Shown here: one piece after another, positions 8,320-15,036 of the stretch
Layout of the letters: each line of letters begins with the position of its first letter
How positions within the stretch are numbered: position 1 is the first letter of the stretch
DNA from: a virus
Virus record (IMG/VR): IMGVR_UViG_3300026549_000035
Coordinates: 1-32,917 of that record
Direction: 5' to 3' (one strand)
Length of the DNA stretch: 32,917 nt
The notes under the pieces: generated by a model
Seen by the model: the letters and a program-made list of their open reading frames with translations, nothing else
Databases searched by the model: none
Told to the model about the DNA's origin: nothing
Program-made: the position numbers and the translations under genes

Positions 8320-8481
8320 TCAAGAAAAAATATAATTTTTCTTGAAACTGTAAAAGGCTTGTTCAAACTGTAAAAGCTCCGACAGAGTGAAACGGCTTGC
8401 GAAATGCTCAGGCGTTTCATCAAACAGGTAATAGCCATTTTTTACCATTCTTTCCACGACATAAATTTTTGATTCTTTCAT
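8320..8481 (-). CDS. Small protein (53 aa; MKESKIYVVERMVKNGYYLFDETPEHF...)
   Basis: Below 60 aa, so absent from the ORF track. RBS GAGAGGAGAA. Extended -10 promoter (acaTGaTATAAT) paralogous to the promoter at 7285-7320. Confidence 0.45.
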   Translation of the reverse strand: MKESKIYVVERMVKNGYYLFDETPEHFASRFTLSELLQFEQAFYSFKKNYIFS

Positions 8482-8545
8482 TTTAGTTTTCTCCTCTCTC
8501 TTTACTATCTATATTATATCATGTTACGTGTCCTATAAACGGGAC

Positions 8546-8950
8546 TTAGAGAGCTACCGCTTCACCTTTTTCAGCTAAAGTGATTGCTTCATATCCAGCC
8601 TTTGTCCATTGGCGGGTATTCTTGGGGTCATCATCAACCAGAACGCCAACCTCACGGATAAAATCAACTTTGCGACCATAACCAACTATGCAGATAAAAT
8701 TTGCAAGTGCAAATTCGGGAATGTGCTTTGCAAGCCAATCAATTTTTCCCGCCTTGCCTGCTTCGTTGCGGGCTTTGGTCAGAATGTAAACCTTGACGCC
8801 TTCAGCGATAAGTCTGCGGACTGTTGAAACGTTCTCAGTGAATGGTTCAAGATTTGCCATAGCTTCACGGCTTGCGGCAGTGTTTTTGTCAGTAGCATAC
8901 GCTTTGTGGAAGTTGGCGAGAACGCCGTCCATGTCAAAGTAGTAAGTCAT
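8546..8950 (-). CDS. HAD-superfamily 5'(3')-deoxyribonucleotidase-like protein (134 aa)
   Basis: N-terminal motif YFDMDGVLANF (DxDGV, typical of NT5C-type nucleotidases). Start MTYYF after GGAGG. Promoter TTGACAtCCCGGGCtgtttggtgTATAAT. Confidence 0.8.
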   Translation of the reverse strand: MTYYFDMDGVLANFHKAYATDKNTAASREAMANLEPFTENVSTVRRLIAEGVKVYILTKARNEAGKAGKIDWLAKHIPEFALANFICIVGYGRKVDFIREVGVLVDDDPKNTRQWTKAGYEAITLAEKGEAVAL

Positions 8951-9093
8951 TTTTCGATCCTCCGTGTCTTTCATTGTCTTAATTATACACCAAACAGCCC
9001 GGGATGTCAAGCGTTTTTTGAAAAAAAATATTTTTTGTTAAAATGCACAAATTGGGAATATAGAATTTGTGCAACATTTAGCGCATTTTTCTC

Positions 9094-9122
9094 TTGACTT
9101 TTGGTGGGAGGTGTAGTATAAT
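9094..9122 (+). promoter_or_regulatory. Plus-strand sigma-A type promoter TTGACT-17-TATAAT driving a ~65-nt transcript antisense to the 3' end of gene 9181..9363
   Basis: TTGACTtttggtgggaggtgtagTATAAT. The transcript has hairpin GGGGCG..CGCCCC and terminates in the 10-bp stem ATAAGCGGAT..ATCCGCTTAT (9160-9184), shared with the convergent gene. Confidence 0.55.
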
Positions 9123-9180
9123 ATTTCGGGGCGCCACGCCCCTGATCGGTGACAAAAAAATAAGCGGATTTGCGATCCGC

Positions 9181-9363
9181 TTATCTGTGCCAGATTTTGA
9201 GGCTTGAAGCATACCGACCGAGGGGATACGTGCGAACCTCTTGTAGTTCAACATAAGAAACTTTGCCGACTTTTGAATTGAAGTAAGCAAGCGCCTCATC
9301 ATAGTTACGGAAAGCCTCATCTTCTCTAAAATTCCAAGTCACTACATAAAACATTTCTTTCAT
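9181..9363 (-). CDS. Small protein (60 aa), member of a 56-65 aa paralog family (with 12185..12355 and 13783..13980)
   Basis: Promoter TTGACAagCCCGGGCttttgatgTATAAT and RBS AAAGGAAAGAGG. Shares the YFN..V..ELK..IW pattern with 12185..12355. Confidence 0.6.
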   Translation of the reverse strand: MKEMFYVVTWNFREDEAFRNYDEALAYFNSKVGKVSYVELQEVRTYPLGRYASSLKIWHR

Positions 9364-9454
9364 TTTTCTTACCTCTTTCCTTTATCTTATGTATACATTA
9401 TACATCAAAAGCCCGGGCTTGTCAAGCCCTTTTATTGGACTTTGTAAAATTTTT

Positions 9455-9622
9455 TTATTTGCTCCAATCAGGGTTGAAAACCACAAAACCGTTGACATTT
9501 TTTGCGACTTCTTCTGCTTTGTCTGCGTTATCAAACGCACCCCAAAACCAGTCAGCACCGTCGCACTCTCTCGCTACGATGTAGGGAAAATCATCGGCGT
9601 AATCAGGCACATTCTTAATCAT
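9455..9622 (-). CDS. Small acidic protein (55 aa; MIKNVPDYADDFPYIVARECDGADWFWGAFDNADKAEEVAKNVNGFVVFNPDWSK)
   Basis: Missed by the ORF track. RBS AAGAGAGGAG. Promoter TTGACAaactcgatctcttggggTATACT, preceded by GGTTACAA..GTTACAA direct repeats. The overlapping plus-strand ORF 9389..9655 is an artefact. Confidence 0.5.
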   Translation of the reverse strand: MIKNVPDYADDFPYIVARECDGADWFWGAFDNADKAEEVAKNVNGFVVFNPDWSK

Positions 9623-9727
9623 TTTTCAAGCTCCTCTCTTAACTTTCTATACTAAGTATACCCCAAGAGATCGAGTTTGTCAAGCATTTTTTGAGATTGT
9701 AACTAATTTGTAACCTTTTGGATAATA

Positions 9728-9856
9728 AAAAAAATGAGGGCTTGCGCCCTCGGTGCTGACTTGCTCTCAGCTGGAACAGAGCTTTGTTTTAAGTGCGCCC
9801 ACCACTCGTAGTGTCGGCTGGTTTTTAGGTGTGCTCTGTTTCTCCCTTCACCCTAC
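9728..9856 (-). ncRNA. Candidate small RNA (~125 nt): consensus promoter, no AUG anywhere in the transcript, classic intrinsic terminator
   Basis: Promoter TTGACTtttataacataatcgtgTATAAT (-10 at 9863-9868). Terminator GAGGGCgcaaGCCCUC plus U8 at 9727-9752. Internal stem CAGAGC..GCUCUG. Confidence 0.5.
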
Positions 9857-9894
9857 AAGTAGATTATACACGATTATGTTATAAAAGTCAAGCA

Positions 9895-10095
9895 TTTTTT
9901 GAAATTGTAACTATTTTGTAACCTTTGCATACCCATGCATAATTATGCATACTTTCGGGATTTAATACTTTAGTGTGTTAAAGTGCATAATTATGCACTT
10001 TATTGTTGTAGCACTTTAACGCGCTAAAATCGGCGCGGGTCGATCGTAGGCGCGCCGCCGAAACAAAGTCCAATAAAATGGACTGAATAATTATG
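9895..10095. promoter_or_regulatory. Palindrome-rich regulatory region: ATGCATAATTATGCAT (perfect 16-bp), GTTAAAGTGCATAATTATGCACTTTA, GCACTTTAACG, TTGTAAC repeats, GC hairpin GGCGCG..GCGCGCC
   Basis: Read directly from the sequence. Shares TACTTTCGGGATTTA and the motif families with 7560-7790. Confidence 0.45.
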
Positions 10096-10117
10096 CAAAA
10101 AAAAATGCGGTCACCGC

Positions 10118-10375
10118 TCAGGGGAAAATCTGAGCGGTGATGTCAACGACAATCCAGCGAGAGCCGTCCTCAGAGAGGGAGCGTTCCCAGACCAAACCGC
10201 AAGGGAGAAAAATGCGGTTTCTGCGTTCCCAGCCTCGAACTGCCATGTCAATGAACAGCTCGAACATCTGGCTCTGAGTGAGACCTTCGAAAAGGCTTCT
10301 GACGAACCACATCTGACCATCGTCAGGAACAAGGCTCAGCAGAGTGCGGTAGTGGTTAAAATCTTTCTTAGTCAT
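10118..10375 (-). CDS. Hypothetical protein (85 aa)
   Basis: RBS AAAGGAGGAA. Promoter TTGACT-17-TATAAT at ~10400-10440. C-terminal codons and the TGA stop are encoded inside the terminator stem CACCGCTCAG..CTGAGCGGTG followed by a U9 tract. Confidence 0.6.
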   Translation of the reverse strand: MTKKDFNHYRTLLSLVPDDGQMWFVRSLFEGLTQSQMFELFIDMAVRGWERRNRIFLPCGLVWERSLSEDGSRWIVVDITAQIFP

Positions 10376-10528
10376 GTTAGTTCCTCCTTTGGGGGGGTAG
10401 CCCCTCTTTCATTGTCTTTATTATAGCACACTCGGGCAAAAAAGTCAATAGTTTTTTCAAAGAAAGTATTCGTCAAAATATACAAATCGGGAATCTTTTT
10501 TGACTGTGAAGTTTGTGCATTTTGCGAA

Positions 10529-10557
10529 TTGATTTTTGCGGCGGGCTGTGGTATAAT
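10529..10557 (+). promoter_or_regulatory. Plus-strand promoter TTGATT-17-TATAAT driving a short transcript antisense to the 3' end of gene 10603..10911
   Basis: The transcript begins AATTTCCGGC and ends at hairpin GGATTAGC..GCTAATCC (10600-10620). The same architecture recurs at 9094 and 12477. Confidence 0.5.
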
Positions 10558-10602
10558 AATTTCCGGCTCTGGCGCCCGGGCACGGTGACGAAAAGAAAAG
10601 GA

Positions 10603-10911
10603 TTAGCAATACGCTAATCCCATTGTTTTCCAATTCAAAATTGAAATTTGATTGCATTTTCTTCCAATTGTCAGAGCCTCTCTTTTAGTATTAACTCTGT
10701 GACTTTTATCAACATAGTAAATACCATTTGAAAACCATACGCCGCAGTTTCCATTATACGCTTTTACTGCGTTTATTGCTTCTCTTGGGCTTGTCGTTTC
10801 AACGCCTTCCGTTGCAACCTGCCAGCCTGTTTTGTAGGTTGTGGCTTTTCCCTTTTTTAAGGTTAAGCCCTCATTTTCTTTAAGTTTCAGAATTGAACGA
10901 ATGTTAATCAT
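10603..10911 (-). CDS. Hypothetical protein (102 aa)
   Basis: Start MINIRS after AGAGAGGAG. Promoter TTGACTtttcgCTCGGGCtgtgcTATAAT at ~10935-10980. Confidence 0.6.
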   Translation of the reverse strand: MINIRSILKLKENEGLTLKKGKATTYKTGWQVATEGVETTSPREAINAVKAYNGNCGVWFSNGIYYVDKSHRVNTKREALTIGRKCNQISILNWKTMGLAYC

Positions 10912-11002
10912 TTTCTTATCTCCTCTCTTTATTGTGTCTTTATTATAGCACAGCCCGAGCGAAAAGTCAAGTGTTTTTTCAAAAAAAATAAAGGGCGTAT
11001 TT

Positions 11003-11272
11003 TTACGCCCATTGTAATTTTCCATCGACTACATAGATAACACTCTCTGCGCCATCGTATTCATCGACATAGTGGTCGGTGCAATTTTCGGGAAGCTCAA
11101 CAACTTTTAACTCAGCGTGAGTTCCATTTACATCTTCCCCTGCTTCTATTGCTGAGATTAACTCAGCATTATAGCGGAGTTCTTCACTATCATGAGAATC
11201 AATTCCAAGGCGGTCTGCCCATTCCTTAGATACGCTAAATCCACCATAGCAAGCATTGACAATTAATTTCAT
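11003..11272 (-). CDS. Hypothetical acidic protein (89 aa)
   Basis: RBS AAGAGAGGAG. Promoter TTGACTtttggatgcgtctatgcTATAAT at ~11285-11335. Stop overlaps terminator GGGCGTA..TACGCCC plus a T-tract. Confidence 0.65.
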   Translation of the reverse strand: MKLIVNACYGGFSVSKEWADRLGIDSHDSEELRYNAELISAIEAGEDVNGTHAELKVVELPENCTDHYVDEYDGAESVIYVVDGKLQWA

Positions 11273-11397
11273 TTTTTTTTATCTCCTCTCTTTATTGTAT
11301 CTTTATTATAGCATAGACGCATCCAAAAGTCAATAGTTAAATTGCACAAAGATGTGATAAGAATTCTGTGCAGATTGACGAATCCGCCCGGGCGCAA

Positions 11398-11544
11398 TTA
11401 ATAAGGCAGATACGCCTTTTTGTGTTTGCGTTCTGCCTTTCTCAGCTTACCTTTTTTTGTATCTTCTACTTTTGGAGCGAAGCCCACAAAAGTCGGTCCT
11501 CTGTGTTTTCTTTTTTCCTCGGTTTTCTTTGTCCTGTGGCTCAT
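11398..11544 (-). CDS. Small highly basic protein (48 aa; MSHRTKKTEEKRKHRGPTFVGFAPKVEDTKKGKLRKAERKHKKAYLPY), likely nucleic-acid binding
   Basis: Start after GGGGAG. Promoter TTGACAtttgaggggttttgtgcTATAAT. The 79-aa ORF-track version starts upstream of the promoter and is rejected. Confidence 0.5.
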   Translation of the reverse strand: MSHRTKKTEEKRKHRGPTFVGFAPKVEDTKKGKLRKAERKHKKAYLPY

Positions 11545-11587
11545 TTTTATCTCCCCTTTCATTGTCTTTATTATAGCACAAAACCCC

Positions 11588-11881
11588 TCAAATGTCAAGA
11601 GGTTTTTCAGAAAAAAGTTCTTTTTCTTCAATTTCATAGTCTAAGCCATCAAGATGGAAGAAAAAAGCCTTCTTTTTTAATAAAATTTTAAGCCATTCTT
11701 TACCATATAAGTTTTTTAAACTCAACCATTTAGAATAAATTGAATAATAGCTTGTATAATTTTCACTTAATCCCTTGTTATCAATAAGCCATTGGATTGC
11801 GCTTGCATGGCTGTCACAAACCGCTACAACCTCAGTAGTATCATCAAAACCGTAAGTTTCTGTAATTGTAAATACTGTCAT
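11588..11881 (-). CDS. Hypothetical protein (97 aa), co-transcribed after gene 11912..12097
   Basis: RBS AAAAGGAG. Last codons L-D-I then stop are encoded by the next promoter's -35 (cTTGACAtttga). Confidence 0.6.
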   Translation of the reverse strand: MTVFTITETYGFDDTTEVVAVCDSHASAIQWLIDNKGLSENYTSYYSIYSKWLSLKNLYGKEWLKILLKKKAFFFHLDGLDYEIEEKELFSEKPLDI

Positions 11882-11911
11882 TTTTATCGCTCCTTTTGGA
11901 TAGCTGAGGGG

Positions 11912-12097
11912 TTAACTCTCAGCCCACCAGTCAGCAGTTTTCATCTTTGCGATTTCGCCCTCTAAGCGGTCAAGGCTCAGATTGTTGTCGGGATAGCTTT
12001 CGCATTTTCTTGCGAAGTCAATAGTTTCGGGAGCTTCATGTCCGAACATTCTGATTACTTCGGTCAACATTTCTTCTCTTGTTCTTCTTTCTGTCAT
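11912..12097 (-). CDS. Hypothetical protein (61 aa)
   Basis: Promoter TTGACAagcaagggtttttgtgtTATAAT and RBS AAGGAAAGGAAG. Stop inside hairpin GGCTGAGAGTTAACCCCTCAGC. Confidence 0.6.
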   Translation of the reverse strand: MTERRTREEMLTEVIRMFGHEAPETIDFARKCESYPDNNLSLDRLEGEIAKMKTADWWAES

Positions 12098-12184
12098 TTT
12101 GATAACTTCCTTTCCTTTTTTCTGTCTTTATTATAACACAAAAACCCTTGCTTGTCAAGTGTTTTTTAAACAAAATCTGGCGTT

Positions 12185-12355
12185 TTATTTACGCCAGATT
12201 TCAATGCTCTGTGAGTAGTAGCGGTGACCATTGTCATCAACTGCTTTCAGTTCGCAGTAGGTGAAATTTCTCTTTACTCTGTTAAAGTAAGCTCTCGCTT
12301 TTTCCTCAGTGTTAAATTCCTCATAGGTTTTATAAGCAGATACTACAAATGTCAT
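12185..12355 (-). CDS. Small protein (56 aa), paralog of gene 9181..9363
   Basis: Start MTFVV after AAGGAAAGAGAGG. Promoter TTGACTttaaagacttttcatgcTATAAT. The ORF-track N-terminal extension is rejected. Confidence 0.55.
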   Translation of the reverse strand: MTFVVSAYKTYEEFNTEEKARAYFNRVKRNFTYCELKAVDDNGHRYYSQSIEIWRK

Positions 12356-12476
12356 TTTGTTTTCCTCTCTTTCCTTTTTTCTGTCTTTATTATAGCATGA
12401 AAAGTCTTTAAAGTCAATAGGCAAAGTGCACAAATCGGGAGCGCCCGAGCGCATGAAAGTTTGTGCATTTTGCCTA

Positions 12477-12505
12477 TTGATTTTGTGTGGGGATTGTGCT
12501 ATAAT
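12477..12505 (+). promoter_or_regulatory. Plus-strand promoter TTGATT-17-TATAAT, divergent from the promoter of gene 12185..12355. The inverted repeat TGCACAAA..TTTGTGCA (12427-12467) lies between the two -35 elements
   Basis: Transcript ATTTCCGGCUACGCC... ends at hairpin GGGCTGA..TCAGCCC (12542-12559), which is also the terminator of the convergent gene 12553..12903. Confidence 0.5.
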
Positions 12506-12552
12506 ATTTCCGGCTACGCCGATCGTCCTCGAAAATTAAAAGGGCTGATTGC

Positions 12553-12903
12553 TCAGCCCCAAAGTGAATTAACTGCTATTGAAAGAGACCCTTCTCGAAC
12601 ACCAGTTTCACTGTAACCATAGTATTTGCTATAATCTGTTTGATTTTTTTCTCCTCTTGCTTTAATCTCTGCTTGGATTCTACGCCAACCAATTTCAAAG
12701 CAATAATCTATAAACCATTCAGAATATCTATATTTTTCTCTTCTTGCTTTACTATAGGTCATAACAGCAATTTGATCATTAGGGTATTCTCTTTTTAACT
12801 GTTGCTTTAATGCTTGTAATTCCTCAATGTTAGTGGAGTGTTGGATAATTTTACAACCATCGTGAGAAGGTTTTTCGTTTACTTTAATTACTGCATACTC
12901 CAT
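12553..12903 (-). CDS. Hypothetical protein (116 aa)
   Basis: Promoter TTGACAagCCCGGGCtaatatgcTATAAT. RBS AAAGAGAGAGG. Confidence 0.65.
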   Translation of the reverse strand: MEYAVIKVNEKPSHDGCKIIQHSTNIEELQALKQQLKREYPNDQIAVMTYSKARREKYRYSEWFIDYCFEIGWRRIQAEIKARGEKNQTDYSKYYGYSETGVREGSLSIAVNSLWG

Positions 12904-13009
12904 GATTATTTTCCTCTCTCTTTACTGTGTTTTTATTATAGCATATTAGCCCGGGCTTGTCAAGCGTTTTTTGAAAAAAAATAAAAAAAATAAGACTGAT
13001 TGCTCAGTC

Positions 13010-13324
13010 TTATAAATCTTCATCCATAGCATCTTCATAACACTTTGAACAATAGATTTTATTATTAATTAAATCTTCAAGGCTATCACCGAGTCTTAGT
13101 TCCAAATCTAAGGCGGAAACTGTCTCGCCGCAATCAGGACAAATAAAGATTTTTTGCTCTCTCAGGAAAGTATCTATTCTTTTACCTTCGGCGCTAAGTC
13201 TTGATTTTTCTCTCTGGCGAATTTCTCCACGATATTTATAAACCTTAACATACTTTTCGTGATACTTTGTGTAATAATTATTGGCATAGTCTAGTGCGAG
13301 TTCAGCAATTTCTTTTCTTGTCAT
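13010..13324 (-). CDS. Hypothetical zinc-ribbon protein (104 aa; CPDCGETV...CSKCYED)
   Basis: Start MTRKEIAEL after AAGGAAAGAGAGG. Promoter TTGACAttttgCTCGGGCtatgcTATAAT. Terminator AAGACTGA..TCAGTCTT with a T-run at ~12975-13010. Confidence 0.6.
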   Translation of the reverse strand: MTRKEIAELALDYANNYYTKYHEKYVKVYKYRGEIRQREKSRLSAEGKRIDTFLREQKIFICPDCGETVSALDLELRLGDSLEDLINNKIYCSKCYEDAMDEDL

Positions 13325-13440
13325 TTTTATTTTCCTCTCTTTCCTTTTTTCTGTATTTATTATAGCATAGCCCGAGCAAAATGTCAAGTGTTTTTTGAAA
13401 ATTTTTTTTGTTAATTTTTTAACAATCCATTTCCATAAAT

Positions 13441-13465
13441 AAAAACCGCCGTAGCGGTTTTTATT
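13441..13465 (-). terminator. Intrinsic terminator AAAACCGC-CGTA-GCGGTTTT. A second copy lies at 13764-13786
   Basis: Stem ACCGC/GCGGT with a CGTA loop flanked by A and T runs. Shares the CCGTAGCGG core with repeats in 14150-15310. Confidence 0.6.
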
Positions 13466-13489
13466 TAATTAATCACAGTACATCCAAGT

Positions 13490-13642
13490 TTCAAGTTCTT
13501 TCAAAGATACACCAAGATACTTTGACGCTGACTTCCAGCTTTCATCCAGTTTATCAAAAAAGATATCGTTCTGTTCATCTGTTAAACTATTGATTTTGGC
13601 TTCTACCTTATTGTATGTTTTTGTTAATTTTTTGACTGTCAT
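13490..13642 (-). CDS. Small protein (about 50 aa; MTVKKLTKTYNKVEAKINSLTDEQNDIFFDKLDESWKSASKYLGVSLKRT)
   Basis: RBS AAGAGAGGAG. Promoter TTGACAttttaCTCGGGCtatgtTATAAT. A +1 frame would extend it to 13468 across an A4/T5 run, so the 3' end is uncertain. Confidence 0.4.
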
Positions 13643-13782
13643 TTTTATTATCTCCTCTCTTTATCTTGATTACATTATAACATAGCCCGAGTAAAATGTC
13701 AAGTGTTTTTTTGAAAAAAATAAAAATTTTTTTTGTTAAATTTTTAACAATTTTTCCCAAAATTAAAACCGCCGTAGCGGTT

Positions 13783-13980
13783 TTAATCCATGTGTTCTTG
13801 GCGAACTACAAAGAACTTGTCGACCTTAGTCCAGTCAACCTTGTCACCGTTCCAGAGTCTTGCGGGTTTGGTAGCGTTCAGAGTGTTTACCTCAGCCTCG
13901 GCTCTTTCCACGGTCTTGTAGGTTTCGTATGCGAGATAGCTCTCACCAGTCTTGGTAGTGTAACAGATAGCAGTTGTCAT
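13783..13980 (-). CDS. Small protein (65 aa)
   Basis: Promoter TTGACAtttcctgtaattcatgtTATAAT. RBS AAGGAAAGGAAG. Followed by the CCGTAGCGG terminator. Confidence 0.55.
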   Translation of the reverse strand: MTTAICYTTKTGESYLAYETYKTVERAEAEVNTLNATKPARLWNGDKVDWTKVDKFFVVRQEHMD

Positions 13981-14204
13981 TTTAATACTTCCTTTCCTTT
14001 TTTCTGTCTAAATTATAACATGAATTACAGGAAATGTCAATAGTCAAATTGCACAAAGATAATCGCTAAAAAAAGGTTGGTTTTGTGCATAGTGCCCAAT
14101 TAGGGCTGTGCCGACCGTTGACGTAGATTGTTAATTATTTAACAATCTATCCCCAACCTGTGTCTAACTGATAGATGTTGACACCGTAGCGGTTTACATC
14201 ATTG

Positions 14205-14365
14205 TGTGTATAACACTGTTGTTCTGTGTGTGATACTCTCTCTTTGTCTTTGTGTGTGTTGTGCTTCTCTCTCTCTCTCTTTGCTTCTCTTTGTGTGTAT
14301 GCTTCTCTCTCTCTCTCTCTTTGCTTCTCTCTTACTCTCTTTGAGTGTGTCACACACACAAACGC
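14205..14365. repeat. Low-complexity CT/GT-rich tract with ~38-bp tandem units (GCTTCTCTCTCTCTCTCTTTGCTTCTCTTTGTGTGTAT-like)
   Basis: Read directly from the sequence. Lies 3' of gene 14374..14703. The overlapping ORFs in both strands here are low-complexity artefacts. Confidence 0.7.
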
Positions 14366-14373
14366 CTTGCCCC

Positions 14374-14703
14374 TTAGTCAGCAAAAGGGTCAAGGCGCAC
14401 ACTCAAGATTTCATCATCATAGATGGTTGAAGTTCCCTGATTATCCATGAGTACAATAACAGAGTTATCTTTTTGAAAATTTTCTGTTCCAAAGAACTCC
14501 CAAATCTCTCCATGAGAATCTTCTATTTGAACAGTGTCCGAGGCTGTATCTACATCTACTACTTTAGCCTGCATGGTGTAATTAGTATCATTAGTCGTGG
14601 GTGAACTTGCGCGATAAATAAGACATACTACAAAAATGGTAACTATTACCAAATGTGTTACTACGCAGATGTTAATGATTGCATAGAATGTTTTGTTTTC
14701 CAT
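14374..14703 (-). CDS. Membrane-anchored protein (109 aa; N-terminal TM helix, beta-rich C-terminal domain)
   Basis: Promoter TTGACAagaagccaagagtatgcTATAAT, preceded by the TGCACAAA..TTTGTGCA inverted repeat. RBS AAAGAGAGAGAGG. Confidence 0.65.
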   Translation of the reverse strand: MENKTFYAIINICVVTHLVIVTIFVVCLIYRASSPTTNDTNYTMQAKVVDVDTASDTVQIEDSHGEIWEFFGTENFQKDNSVIVLMDNQGTSTIYDDEILSVRLDPFAD

Positions 14704-14995
14704 GGGTGATTGTCCTCTCTCTCTTTATTGTATCTTTATTATAGCATACTCTTGGCTTCTTGTCAATAGTCAAATTGCACAAAGATAGTATTAGTCTTTT
14801 GTGCATTTTGCCAATAGCACAAACGTTCGAACGCTCCCCCAATCTTGGCACTACGCTGATGGGAGCGTGTGCCGTAGCGGTTACTGGGGCTGTAGGTTGG
14901 TTAGCCAATGCTAACTTAATAGGGAGATTACCCTAATTAGTAAAATAGGGGTTAGGTATTGCTAACTCAATTCAAACAAAAGTTCGAACAAACGT

Positions 14996-15036
14996 CCAGC
15001 CTGTGCGTTGGCTGATAGGAGCCAGCACCGTAGCGG
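14996..15036. repeat. 41-bp direct repeat, copy 2 (CCAGCCTGTGCGTTGGCTGATAGGAGCCAGCACCGTAGCGG). Copy 3 is at 15267-15307 and a diverged copy 1 at 14154-14193
   Basis: 37 bp are identical between copies 2 and 3. All copies end in the CACCGTAGCGG motif. Confidence 0.8.

Noticed and set aside
9389-9655. Plus-strand ORF of 88 aa
   Set aside because: No promoter or RBS. The same locus encodes a 55-aa minus-strand gene with a consensus promoter and a strong RBS.
11398-11637. 79-aa version of the basic-peptide ORF (also the long N-terminal versions of ORFs 8546..9010, 7849..8295, 10603..11025, 12185..12454 and 13010..13387)
   Set aside because: The upstream extensions run through the gene's own promoter (-10 and -35 elements) and lack an RBS. 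Internal ATGs preceded by AAAGGAGG-type sites were chosen instead.
14205-14365. CRISPR-like array
   Set aside because: The repeats are low-complexity CT/GT tandem units without a unique spacer-repeat organisation. No cas genes.
14147-14450. Several overlapping ORFs (67-74 aa) on both strands in the CT/GT tract
   Set aside because: Pure low-complexity translations (poly-Leu/Ser/Cys or Arg/Glu) of a tandem repeat. No expression signals.
14672-14908. Minus-strand ORF of 78 aa
   Set aside because: Spans the promoter and operator region of gene 14374..14703. No start signals. Likely non-coding.
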